Assembly (NCBI GenBank): GCA_003531585.1
Contig: DQFX01000060.1
Span: 63,320 to 127,319, forward strand
Origin: Oscillospiraceae bacterium
GTDB taxonomy: Bacteria; Bacillota; Clostridia; Oscillospirales; Ruminococcaceae
Direction of reading: 5' to 3'
Length of the DNA stretch: 64,000 nucleotides
Shown: piece by piece, positions 17,677 through 27,058 of the stretch
Layout: each line of letters opens with the position of its first letter
How positions within the stretch are numbered: the stretch's first letter is position 1
Position numbers and translations under genes: made by a program
The notes under the pieces: generated by a model
The model's input: only the letters and a program-made list of their open reading frames with translations
What the model was told of the DNA's origin: nothing
The model's database searches: none

Positions 17677-18828
17677 TTACTCCTCTTTCCGTGACATCGA
17701 AACCACGCACTCAACGTGCCGCGTAAACGGGAACATATCGAACGGCTGAATGCACTCGACATTGTAGTTTTTCGTCAGCGTGCGGAGGTCTCGCGCGAGA
17801 GTGACCGGGTTGCAGGAGATATACACGATACGTTCCGGTCTGATGACGGACAGCGCGCGCAGAAACTGCTTGTCAGCGCCGGCGCGGGCGGGATCCATTA
17901 TCACTTCGTCGAAGCGGACTCCCTTTTTTGCGCGTTCCCGGAGGTACTCTCCGGCGTCGCCGCGGTTGAACGCCGCGTTCCTGGTGATCCCGTTCAGCTT
18001 GCAGTTCTGCACTGCGTCCCTGACCGCCGCGGAGTTATATTCGATACCCTGAACCGCCTTAACACGGTCGGAAGCGATGATTCCGATGGTGCCGGTACCG
18101 CTGTATGCGTCGAGGAGCGTGTCGTTTTTCGTCAGCTTTGCCGCGTTTATCGCGAAGTTGTACAGTTTCTCCGCCTGCACCGGATTTACCTGGTAGAACG
18201 ACTGCGGCGATATACGGAATTTCTTCCCGCATATCTCGTCGATGATGTAGCCTTCGCCGAAAAGTACCTCCGCGTGGTCGCCAAGGGTCAGAAAATCAGG
18301 GCTGCGGTTTACCGAGAAGGTCACGGTCTTTATCGCAGGGAATCTCTTGACCAGCGCGGTAACGAAGTCGCGCTTCTTCGGGAACATCGACGTCCCCCCG
18401 ACGATTGTCACCAGGATCTCCCCGGTGTTCCTGCCAATGCGCACAAGCACGTGCTTTATGAATCCGCGGTCGGTGCCGGGATCCCACGGGCGTATTTTAA
18501 AGGAGCGCATAAGTTCCCGGAAACCGACGATGATCTCATCGGCGCGCGGGTCGTTAACCATGCATCGGTCAATACCGACGATACCGTTTCTGGACGACTG
18601 ATACACGCCGGAAATTATCCTGCCGCTGCGGTCGCTGCGGAATACCGCCTGCACCTTGCAGCGGTATCCGCAGGGCGGCTCCATCGGAATTATCGGGGAA
18701 ACCTCGCCGTAGCTTCCGAGCAGCCCGGCGACGTCCTTCTGCTTCCATGCGAGCTGCTGCTCGTAGGACAGGTTTGATAACTGGCAGCCGCTGCACTTCT
18801 TGGCAACGGGACATTTTGTGTTTTCCAT
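17677..18828 (-). CDS. rlmD: 23S rRNA (uracil-C5)-methyltransferase, RlmD/RumA family.
   Basis: N-terminal Cys cluster CPVAKKCSGCQ (Fe-S/TRAM region) and a SAM-dependent methyltransferase core. Confidence 0.8.
   Translation of the reverse strand: MENTKCPVAKKCSGCQLSNLSYEQQLAWKQKDVAGLLGSYGEVSPIIPMEPPCGYRCKVQAVFRSDRSGRIISGVYQSSRNGIVGIDRCMVNDPRADEIIVGFRELMRSFKIRPWDPGTDRGFIKHVLVRIGRNTGEILVTIVGGTSMFPKKRDFVTALVKRFPAIKTVTFSVNRSPDFLTLGDHAEVLFGEGYIIDEICGKKFRISPQSFYQVNPVQAEKLYNFAINAAKLTKNDTLLDAYSGTGTIGIIASDRVKAVQGIEYNSAAVRDAVQNCKLNGITRNAAFNRGDAGEYLRERAKKGVRFDEVIMDPARAGADKQFLRALSVIRPERIVYISCNPVTLARDLRTLTKNYNVECIQPFDMFPFTRHVECVVSMSRKEE
17693..17718 (+). repeat. Direct repeat copy 2 (26 bp), forming the functional 3' end of rlmD.
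   Basis: Identical to 16661..16686; on the minus strand it encodes ...HVECVVSMS of RlmD. Confidence 0.7.
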
Positions 18829-19925
18829 TATACTTTGAATCCCTCTGTCATTTTCTTCAGCTTTGAGGACTGTTTGTCAAGCTCCACAGCCGCAGCGGCG
18901 CTTTGCTGTGCGTTTGCCGCCGAGGTGGTGACATATTTTGAAATCAGACCGGTCTTTTCGGATATTTCAGCCATGCGGCGGCTCTGCTCCACAGCGGAGC
19001 TGATTATCGCGGTTATCGATCTGTCGACCTCCGCCATCTTCTCAGTTACGCTGCGAAGGGTCTCGGCGGTGTCGTCTGCGAGCTGCTGACCGTTTCTTAC
19101 AGCGGAGGCAGCTTCGCTGATAAGCGCGGTCATCCTGCCGCAAGCCCGGAGCTTTCAGAAATCATGCTGTCGGTCGCCGAAACGCAGCCTGAAATTTCTT
19201 CGACTACAGCGGTCTGCCGTGACGCGCTTTCTGCAAGCTCGTTAGCGCCCTGGTAGACATTGTTGGCGCCGCTGTAGACTGCTCCCGCCGCTTCGGAAAT
19301 CTCGCTGAACACTCCGCTGAGGAAAGTGCGTATATCACTGAGAGAGTCTTTTATCGGCGCGAGAGGTCTGAAGCACCGTTTGATCACCAGAACACAGATG
19401 AACGCTCCAAGCGCGATGATCACGGGAATACTGACCACAAAAAAATGATGATGTTGTGGGCGTCCTTGTAATGCTCGGAGCTGTCCATGGCGTAGCTCAG
19501 TGTCCAGCCGGCGGAGGGTATTACCTCGGAAATCACAAATCTTGAGGTACCGTCGTAATCCTTCAGCGTGCGGGAGGTAACGCCGTCCTCGGATTTTTCG
19601 CCGGAAACCGCGCTGATTGTATCGGAGTAGCTGGTGTAGTGTTCGCTGCCGGAGCCGTCGACATAGGGCAGCATGAGTTCCTCGCTGCGGTGGATAATAA
19701 TGCTGCTGACCTCGGTCAGGAACATGTCAGCGTCGGTAACGCAGGCGACGTTCCCGCCGCGCTTGTACGCTTTCGCAATAGTGATCACCATCTCGCCGGT
19801 GCGCGCGTCGATGTACGGTTCGGTTATGACTGCGGAATCGGATGCCGCTGCATCCCGATACCACTGGCGCTCGGTTATTTTATAGTCGTCGTCGGGTACC
19901 CAGCCATCGGAGAAAACCGTTAAAA
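18828..19925 (-). pseudogene. Decayed methyl-accepting chemotaxis protein paralog. It is frameshifted into at least three frames, lacks the core signalling hairpin (internal deletion) and is truncated at the N-terminus.
   Basis: Frame fragments encode a dCache-like sensor piece, a TM plus HAMP piece, and the C-terminal MCP segment (ALISEAASAVRNGQQLADDTAE, matching [22 protein letters not shown] of the intact neighbour). The region equivalent to [21 protein letters not shown]...EVRNLA is absent. Confidence 0.6.
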
Positions 19926-19994
19926 TATTATAACATATTTACGGCGATTTGTAAATAGGCGACAAGAACTATTTACCACAATGATCTGAAAACA

Positions 19995-20030
19995 GGAATA
20001 AAAAAGGAGGACATTTCTGTCCTCCTTTCT
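19995..20030 (-). terminator. Terminator of the intact MCP gene.
   Basis: Hairpin aggagga...tcctcct with ttttttatt on the minus strand. Confidence 0.6.
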
Positions 20031-20058
20031 ATAATTCTGATTTCAGTTACAGGAACGA

Positions 20059-21741
20059 TCAGTTCTTTCTTGCTTCTCTGAGCTTGAATCTGGAAACAAG
20101 TGACTTCATGGCAGTGGCCTGAGCGGAGAGCTCCTCGGAAGCTGCCGCGCTCTCCTCTGCTGTTGCGGAGTTGGTCTGAACAACGTTGGAGATCTGTTCG
20201 ATACCGGTTGTAACCTGAGTGATGGACTGCGCCTGCTCCTCGCTTACGGAAGAGATGCGGTCGATGGTTACTACGATATCCTTAATCTGCTTTACAACGT
20301 CGCTGAGAGCCTCTGCGGTATCGTCTGCGATGTGAGAGCCGTTCTCAACCGCCCTGATGGAGCGCTGAATAAGGTCTGCGGTGTTCTGGGAAGCAGCTGC
20401 GGACTTGGAAGCAAGGTTTCTTACCTCGTCTGCAACTACCGCGAAGCCCTTACCTGCCTCGCCGGCTCTTGCAGCCTCGACAGCAGCGTTGAGCGCCAGA
20501 ATGTTGGTCTGGAATGCGATATCCTCGATAGTATTGATTATATCGCTGATCTGTGCGGAGGTATCGCTGATCTCCTGCATAGCGCCGAGCATTTCCTTCA
20601 TGCGGTCGTTGGAGAGTTCAGCCTGCTTGCCGACCTCTGCCATGCTGTTGCTTGCAGTCTTGGAGTCGTCAGCATTCTTGGTGATCTTATCGGATATCTC
20701 TTCAATGGTAGCTGCCAGCTCCTCAACTGAGCCAGCCTGCTCAGTTGCACCCTGTGCATTAGCCTGCGCGCCTGCGGAAACCTGCTCGGAACCAGAGTCG
20801 ACCTGGTCAGCTGACTGGAATATCTGAGCCATGGTGTCGCTGAGACCGTATGCGAGTACTCTCAGGTTGTCAAGCAGCGGAGCGAACTCTCCCTTATAAA
20901 CTTCGCGCGCGTTCGAGTGTACATTAAAGTTGCCATTTGCAAGCTCGCCATACATGTATGAGCTGTCCTTGATGAGCTTGCTGAGGCTGTCGTTGGTAGC
21001 GCGCATTGCGTCTGCCATCTCGCCGAACTCATCGCGGCTTACATAGGTGATCTGGCTGTCAAGTTCGCCCTTTGCGATCTTGTTGAGCGCGTTCTTGATC
21101 TCTGCGATGGGCCTTGTGATAAGATTGGTCAGGTTGATGATACCACCTACGCCCAGCGCAAGGGCAAATATGCCTACGATAATTGCAACGTTAGTTACGG
21201 CGTTTGTTTCCGATGTTGTTGCAGATCTTGTGCCACTGCACGCTGCAGTCAGGGCTGTGTCGGCGTCATCGCCGATAGAAAGGCACTGGACGATCTTTGG
21301 GGACAGCTTATCGTTGTACGCTGCCAGCCCTTCCTCTTTGGTGCCGTCGTTTACTATTGCGATCACCTCGGGAAGTATCGTGTTGATCTCATTGCATACG
21401 GACTTGAACTCATCGATCCTTGCGTCAGTGCCGGAATATGTAATGAGGTCGAGCTTTTCCATCATGGTCGCGGCAGCGGCTGTCGCTTCATTGATATATT
21501 GTGTTTCGACATTGTTGTCATCCTCAAGCACACCCGCGCGAACGGTTCTGCCGATGGTCTCTACATGTATCTCTACATCCTTGACTCTGAGGAGGCTTTT
21601 GATCTCTGTATCGATCATGAGATTTACGTTACCATGCACGCTCTTCAGTCCGATGACCGATACAAGAGAGCATGCGATGGTCATGATTATGACCGCTCCG
21701 AATGAAATGATAAGTTTGGTCGCTACTTTTAGATTCTTCAT
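20059..21741 (-). CDS. Methyl-accepting chemotaxis protein (intact; N-terminal TM, sensor, HAMP and MCP signalling domain).
   Basis: Highly conserved tip [37 protein letters not shown]. Confidence 0.85.
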   Translation of the reverse strand: MKNLKVATKLIISFGAVIIMTIACSLVSVIGLKSVHGNVNLMIDTEIKSLLRVKDVEIHVETIGRTVRAGVLEDDNNVETQYINEATAAAATMMEKLDLITYSGTDARIDEFKSVCNEINTILPEVIAIVNDGTKEEGLAAYNDKLSPKIVQCLSIGDDADTALTAACSGTRSATTSETNAVTNVAIIVGIFALALGVGGIINLTNLITRPIAEIKNALNKIAKGELDSQITYVSRDEFGEMADAMRATNDSLSKLIKDSSYMYGELANGNFNVHSNAREVYKGEFAPLLDNLRVLAYGLSDTMAQIFQSADQVDSGSEQVSAGAQANAQGATEQAGSVEELAATIEEISDKITKNADDSKTASNSMAEVGKQAELSNDRMKEMLGAMQEISDTSAQISDIINTIEDIAFQTNILALNAAVEAARAGEAGKGFAVVADEVRNLASKSAAASQNTADLIQRSIRAVENGSHIADDTAEALSDVVKQIKDIVVTIDRISSVSEEQAQSITQVTTGIEQISNVVQTNSATAEESAAASEELSAQATAMKSLVSRFKLREARKN

Positions 21742-22022
21742 ACTTTGACTCCTTCTAAAAATTCCACGGCATGCGCCGAAATCTCTACACGAGTATAAGC
21801 CGCGGTGCAGCCACCCCGGTATCTCAATGACCTGCGTCGAAAAAGTCTTTATTTACTTTGCTCAAATATTATTTTAGCACTAATCATAAAAAAAGTCAAC
21901 ACAAATATGTATATTTTGGCCAAAAGTCGTGAAAAAGTTACATTTCGTTAAAAAGGCAAAAAAGTGCTGTATTATGTCGTGTTAATCGTTGTGAAATCTG
22001 ACCAACTTTGATATAATATATA

Positions 22023-22295
22023 GGTGACCTCTAAAAACCGGGACACGAGCAGATTTCGTACATGACTTATATCAGATGCTAGGCGTTATACTAATTCCAA
22101 ATACACATAATATGCACAACTGAAATGTGGTTCTGGAATTAGTATCAACCGCAGCGTTTTCCGCCGTAGGCGGATAATGCGTTTACTGTATGTATTTCAA
22201 GGTTTGACAACGAAGCAGATGATGAATAAGGAGCGAAGCGACGTTTCTTGGTAAGTCATAGAAATCTGCCGTGAAGGAGGTTTTTAGAGGTTACC
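22023..22295. repeat. MITE-like element copy 1 (273 bp), bounded by terminal inverted repeats of about 20 bp.
   Basis: Left end (t)ATAGGTGACCTCTAAAAACC; right end GGTTTTTAGAGGTTACCAATAG. The same ends occur at 38647..38804. Confidence 0.55.
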
Positions 22296-22359
22296 AATAG
22301 TTACAAACCCGACCGCTTCAACACGGGTTTTTTGAAACAATAATGTGAGGTGCATAATT

Positions 22360-23670
22360 ATGGCAAATCCATACTTACCAAACTGGGAATATATACCAGA
22401 TGGAGAGCCGAGAGTATTCGGCGACAGAATTTACGTCTACGGTTCGCATGACCGCAAGGATTCCATCGACTTCTGCGACTACAAGCTGAAAGTGTGGTCT
22501 GCGCCGGTGAGCGACCCCACGAAGTGGGTGTGCCACGGCGACATTTTCCGCAGCCGCGACGGTCACGACTCCCCATCGGACGTGGACTGGACAGACGAAC
22601 TGCTGTTCGCCCCGGACGTTGTGGAGCGCGGCGGCAAATACTATCTATACGCGTACATCGTGAATGCAAAGGGCTGTGTTGCAGTCGCCGACCGCCCGGA
22701 GGGTCCGTTCAGGCTGCTGTCCCGGTATGAGTACGACATTCCGAATCACTACGACAACGGCACTTTCATCGACCCCGGAGTGCTGGTCGACGACGACGGC
22801 AGGGTGTACATCTACTGCGGCTATCAGGGAAGCTACATGTGCGAGCTGAAGGACAACATGTACGAAGCAGTCCCCGGGAGCTACAAGCTGGACATAATCC
22901 CGACTGCGGAGCCGCACCGCTTCTTCGAGGCGTGCTCACCGCGCAAGATAAACGGGACGTACTATCTTATATACTCGCCCCAGCGCGGAAGCTGCCTTGA
23001 CTACGCGACTTCCGATTCCCCGACGGGTCCATTCACCTACCGCGGTACCATCATAGACAACGGGATTGACTTCCCGGGCGGAAACGATCACGGCTCGGTC
23101 TGCTGCGTGAACGGCCAGTGGTACATTTTTTATCATCGCATGACAAACGGCACGATCATGTCCAGAAGGGGCTGCGTTGAGCGTATCGAAATACTTCCGG
23201 ACGGCACGATACCACAGGTGGAGATGACCTCCCTCGGCTTTGAGGAGTCGCTGAACCCCTATGATTTTACACAGGCAGACACCGCCTGCGTACTCAAGGG
23301 CGGCTGCTACATCACGGAAACAAGCGTGTTTGAACGTCCGATCGTGAACGTCACCGACGGCTGCGTGATGGGCTGGAAGTACTTCGATTTCGGCGAGGAC
23401 TTCGCGTCAAAAACCATGCAGATACGGCTGAAGCTGCGCGGTACAGGCTCCCGTGGGCGCGTGCACGTCCGGCTTGATTCCGAGGACGGCGAGGAACTTG
23501 GCACGGTTGATTTCGCGGAGGACAGCGGAACAGCGGGAGCCAGAATAAAGGCGGCGACCGGACGCCACGCGGTGTTCCTGGTTGCGGAGAGCGGCTACGA
23601 AGGCTGGTTCGCGGGCGAGATGAAGGGCAGGCAGCTCTTTATGCTTGACGGCTTCGTGATCATGAAGTAG
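22360..23670 (+). CDS. Glycoside hydrolase family 43 protein (beta-xylosidase/alpha-L-arabinofuranosidase-like) with a C-terminal beta-sandwich domain.
   Basis: Five-bladed propeller GH43 motifs (GDRIYVYGSHD...; FIDPGVLVDDDGRVYIY). ATG 22360 follows TGAGGTG; the ORF extends upstream to 22345. Confidence 0.75.
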   Translation: MANPYLPNWEYIPDGEPRVFGDRIYVYGSHDRKDSIDFCDYKLKVWSAPVSDPTKWVCHGDIFRSRDGHDSPSDVDWTDELLFAPDVVERGGKYYLYAYIVNAKGCVAVADRPEGPFRLLSRYEYDIPNHYDNGTFIDPGVLVDDDGRVYIYCGYQGSYMCELKDNMYEAVPGSYKLDIIPTAEPHRFFEACSPRKINGTYYLIYSPQRGSCLDYATSDSPTGPFTYRGTIIDNGIDFPGGNDHGSVCCVNGQWYIFYHRMTNGTIMSRRGCVERIEILPDGTIPQVEMTSLGFEESLNPYDFTQADTACVLKGGCYITETSVFERPIVNVTDGCVMGWKYFDFGEDFASKTMQIRLKLRGTGSRGRVHVRLDSEDGEELGTVDFAEDSGTAGARIKAATGRHAVFLVAESGYEGWFAGEMKGRQLFMLDGFVIMK

Positions 23671-23730
23671 AACCAAAGGGACGGAATACCGCCGCCCATT
23701 TCAGTTGATTGAAAAAGCCTCTTTCTCGAA

Positions 23731-23770
23731 AACAACAAGCTCCCCGGATTCCGGGGAGCTTGTTGTTTGT
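23731..23770. terminator. Bidirectional terminator between the GH43 gene (+) and the EF-G paralog gene (-).
   Basis: Perfect hairpin aacaacaagctccccgg a ttccggggagcttgttgtt with T-runs on both sides. Confidence 0.65.
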
Positions 23771-25791
23771 CAGGATTTTATCTCAGTTCCGGGAGGAAGC
23801 ATGTCGTATCTCGCGAACTCAGAAGTGAATTCACCAAGACCCTGCGTGATCTGGCGGAGCGTCAGCGCGAAATCGCCGAGTTCGGCTTCGGGGGCCTCCG
23901 CGAGGAGCTCGGTCATGCCGCCGCCGACGGAGTTCATGCCGAGAACGGAGCCGCGGCGCTTTGAGAGCACGCTCATGACGTCGCCCTGCTTGTCGTCGGG
24001 GAGGAGTATCTTCAGGCTGTCTACAGGCTCAAGCAGGTAGGGCTGGGCCTCCTTCATGCAGTCCTTGAACGCCATCGAGGCTGCGGTCTTGAACGCCATT
24101 TCGGAGCTGTCGACCGGGTGGTAGCTTCCGTCTATGAGGGTCGCCTTCAGGCGCACTACCGGGAATCCTCCGATGGAGCCGTGCTCTGCGGCCTCCTGGA
24201 GTCCCTTCTCGACTGCGGGGAAGAAGTTCTTCGGAACCGCGCCGCCGAACACTTTCTCGCAGAACATCAGCTCGTCGCCGTCGTAGGGCTCGAACTCTAT
24301 CTTTACGTGTCCGTACTGACCGTGTCCGCCGGACTGCTTCTTGTATTTGCTCTCGATGGTCACCGGCTTGCGGATAGCTTCGCGGTACGCGATCTTCGGC
24401 TCGGACATCTTGACCTCCATGCCGAACTTGGATTTCAGCTTTGCCGCCGCTACGTCAAGGTGCTGGTCGCCCAGACCGCCTATCATGCGCTGGTGGGTCT
24501 CGTGGTTGTGGACGTATTTCAGCGTGGGGTCCTCCTCCAGAAGTCTGCGGATAGCGCCGGAGAGCTTGCCCTCGTCGCCGCCTCCCGCGAGGTTAACGGC
24601 GCGGAAGTAGCATGCCTGCGGGAACTCCGTAGGCGCAAGCGCTGCGACTGCTTCGGGAGCGCACAGGGTGTCGTTTGTGGATGCTTCCAGTTTGGTGACG
24701 GCGGCGATGTCTCCGGCGAGCGCCTCGGAGATCTCCTCCTGCTTCTTGCCGGTGAGCTTCAGCAGCTTGCCGATGCGGACGGTCTCGCCGGTGGTGGCGT
24801 TCACGGCGGAAACGCCCGCGGTGAGCTTGCCCTGAACTATCTTGAGCATGCTTATCTTGCCTACGAACGGGTCGGCTACGGTCTTGAACACGAACGCCTT
24901 GAGCGGCTTGTTCTCGTCGTAATCGAGGGTCACGCCGTCGAGCGACTCGAGTTTTCTCTCGTTGGGGGAGGGGAGCATGGAAACCACCGCGTCGAGCAGC
25001 ATATCAACGCCGGAGAGCGTGTCGTTGGCGCAGCATACGAGCGGAGTTATAGCGCCGCTTGCAACGCCGTCGTGGATACCCTTCACGAGTTCGTCGTGGG
25101 TGAAGTCCTCGCCGCTGAAGAATTTCTCCATGAATTCCTCGTTGGTCTCAGCGACTGCCTCAGCCATTGAAGCGCGCAGACCTGCGATACGGTTCTCGGA
25201 AGCAGGCATGGGAACTTCGGTCGGAACTCCCTTGCTGTCGTACTTGTACGCCTTCATGGTTAGCAGATTTATGTATGCTTCAACGGGGCCGTTCTTGTCG
25301 TACGGAACAACTATCGGGCATACCGACGGGCCGAAAACGGTCTTGAGCTGCGTATGCACCTTATAAAAATCGGAGTTCTCGACTTCCATGCAGGTTACGG
25401 CGAGCATTCTTGCCTTGTTCTGACCTGCGGCGAGATTGTACGCCTTGATGGTGCCGGGGCATACTCCGTCCTTGCCGTTTACTGTGATTACCACCGATTC
25501 AGCGGCGCGGATACCTTCGTACATTCCGCCGATGAAGTCGAACTGACCCGGTGCGTCGATGATATTTATGCGGGTGTCCTGCCATACCGTCGCGGCGAGT
25601 GAAGTGTTTATCGAGATCTTGCGGCGTATCTCCTCCGGGTCGAAGTCGCTTACGGTGCTGCCCTCGTTGGTGCTGCCCATTCTCTCAGTTGCTCCTGATT
25701 TGAACAGCATAGCTTCTGCTAATGCGGTCTTTCCGCTTCCGCCGTGGCCGGCAAGTAATATGTTTCTGATTTTGTCAGCAGTGAATGTCAT
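23770..25791 (-). CDS. Elongation factor G family GTPase paralog (EF-G2-like, 673 aa).
   Basis: G1 GHGGSGKT, G3 DAPG, and domains II-V of EF-G. Confidence 0.75.
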   Translation of the reverse strand: MTFTADKIRNILLAGHGGSGKTALAEAMLFKSGATERMGSTNEGSTVSDFDPEEIRRKISINTSLAATVWQDTRINIIDAPGQFDFIGGMYEGIRAAESVVITVNGKDGVCPGTIKAYNLAAGQNKARMLAVTCMEVENSDFYKVHTQLKTVFGPSVCPIVVPYDKNGPVEAYINLLTMKAYKYDSKGVPTEVPMPASENRIAGLRASMAEAVAETNEEFMEKFFSGEDFTHDELVKGIHDGVASGAITPLVCCANDTLSGVDMLLDAVVSMLPSPNERKLESLDGVTLDYDENKPLKAFVFKTVADPFVGKISMLKIVQGKLTAGVSAVNATTGETVRIGKLLKLTGKKQEEISEALAGDIAAVTKLEASTNDTLCAPEAVAALAPTEFPQACYFRAVNLAGGGDEGKLSGAIRRLLEEDPTLKYVHNHETHQRMIGGLGDQHLDVAAAKLKSKFGMEVKMSEPKIAYREAIRKPVTIESKYKKQSGGHGQYGHVKIEFEPYDGDELMFCEKVFGGAVPKNFFPAVEKGLQEAAEHGSIGGFPVVRLKATLIDGSYHPVDSSEMAFKTAASMAFKDCMKEAQPYLLEPVDSLKILLPDDKQGDVMSVLSKRRGSVLGMNSVGGGMTELLAEAPEAELGDFALTLRQITQGLGEFTSEFARYDMLPPGTEIKS

Positions 25792-26000
25792 AGGTAGACC
25801 TCCGAATTAAGAATTTGCAGCCCGTTTGTTTTCGAACTCCATGCTTCTATTATATAGTAAAGCTGTACAAAATTCAACCGGTTTTGTGAAGTTTTTTATT
25901 GCTCGATATACAAATTCCATATTCTGTTTTGTGCAAATCTCACAATTTGAGCTAAAAAATAACGCTTGATTATGTTACTCTGATAGTATATAATATTAAT

Positions 26001-26032
26001 AATTCGGAATTCAGAATGCGGAATTCCGAATT
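26001..26032. promoter_or_regulatory. Perfect 12-bp inverted repeat (aattcggaattc N8 gaattccgaatt), a candidate operator in the divergent EF-G2/rlmA control region.
   Basis: Palindrome sits immediately downstream of a tatataat -10-like box. The half-site aattccgaatt recurs at 26106..26116. Confidence 0.35.
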
Positions 26033-26148
26033 TCGGTGTCCCGCTGCGCGGAACGAATTTAAAAGCGAACCAAATTGAGACCCGTCCGGCGAAGCCGGAC
26101 ACATTAATTCCGAATTTCAACAATTTCAACTTTCCGGAGGAATTATCT

Positions 26149-27024
26149 ATGACAAACGCTCTCCCCCTGACCTGCCCGGTATGCGGCGAAAAGACGAACC
26201 GTCCGCCGCGGCTGATCCCGGACGGCAAGACTCTGCGCTGCCCGAAGGGTCACAGCTTCGACGTATCCGCGAAGGGGTACGTCAACCTGCTGCTGACCCA
26301 GCACAAGAACGTAAAGGATCCCGGCGACAGCAAGGAAATGGCGGCGGCTCGCAGGCTGTTCCTTGACAGCGGAGCCTACTCCGGGCTGCGGGACGCCCTG
26401 TGCGGGTGCGTCGCGAAATACGCCGCAGAGTTCCCGAAGCCGGTCACGATGGTGGACTGCGGCTGCGGCGAGGGCTACTACACGGTAGGAATGTACGACG
26501 CGGTGCCAGGAATGCAGATCATCGGCGTGGATATCTCGAAAAACGTGCTTGCGGCGGCGCATTCCCGGATAAACTCGAACGGAATGAAGCGGGACATATT
26601 CTGCGCGGCGGCGAGCGTGTTCCGGCTCCCTCTGGAGGACGCCTGCGCGGATATGGCGGCGGTGATCTTCGCGCCGTTCCAGCGGGAGGAGCTTCTGCGG
26701 GTAGTGAAGCCCGGCGGCGTTATCCTGACGGCGATCCCAGGGGAGCGCCACCTCTACGGGCTGAAATCCGTGCTTTACGACGAGCCGCGGCTCAACGAAG
26801 TGAAGCCCTACGAGATAGAGGGCATGGAGTTTCTGGAAAAGCGGGAGGTCAGCTCCACGCTGCGGCTCACCAGCCAGGAGCTGCTGAACGCGCTGTTCAC
26901 CATGACCCCGTATTATTACAAGACTTCCCAGCACGACAGCAGCCGGCTTTATAGCTGGTTCGGGACCCACGACAGCTTCGAGACTGAAACGGAATTCCAG
27001 GTGCTGTGCTACCGAGTAAAATAA
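26149..27024 (+). CDS. rlmA: 23S rRNA (guanine-N1)-methyltransferase RlmA/RrmA-like.
   Basis: N-terminal zinc ribbon (CPVCGEK...CPKGHSFD) plus a SAM methyltransferase (VDCGCGEGYY). Confidence 0.75.
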   Translation: MTNALPLTCPVCGEKTNRPPRLIPDGKTLRCPKGHSFDVSAKGYVNLLLTQHKNVKDPGDSKEMAAARRLFLDSGAYSGLRDALCGCVAKYAAEFPKPVTMVDCGCGEGYYTVGMYDAVPGMQIIGVDISKNVLAAAHSRINSNGMKRDIFCAAASVFRLPLEDACADMAAVIFAPFQREELLRVVKPGGVILTAIPGERHLYGLKSVLYDEPRLNEVKPYEIEGMEFLEKREVSSTLRLTSQELLNALFTMTPYYYKTSQHDSSRLYSWFGTHDSFETETEFQVLCYRVK

Positions 27025-27058
27025 AAACAGGGCGGAGTTGTTCCGCCCTGTTTTATTA
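27025..27058. terminator. Bidirectional terminator between rlmA (+) and the CCA-enzyme gene (-).
   Basis: Hairpin cagggcgga gttg ttccgccctg with flanking A/T runs. Confidence 0.65.

Larger units (their letters stand above)
16687..17692. mobile_element. Roughly 1 kb islet, mostly AT-rich, inserted at the 3' end of rlmD. It carries one small membrane-protein gene and no recognisable integrase; likely a remnant.
   Basis: Flanked by a perfect 26-bp direct repeat. Much lower GC than the flanks between about 16740 and 17520. Contains a complete gene with RBS and terminator. Confidence 0.45.

Noticed and set aside
17716-18777. 353-aa plus-strand ORF overlapping rlmD.
   Set aside because: Antisense to a gene with clear methyltransferase motifs; compositionally driven open frame.
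22023-22295. Reading ggtttttagagg/cctctaaaaacc as CRISPR repeats.
   Set aside because: Only two inverted copies per locus, no regular repeat-spacer periodicity, and no cas genes; the geometry is that of terminal inverted repeats.
24118-25170. 350-aa plus-strand ORF inside the EF-G paralog gene.
   Set aside because: Antisense shadow ORF; no recognisable domain, and the EF-G-like frame is unambiguous.
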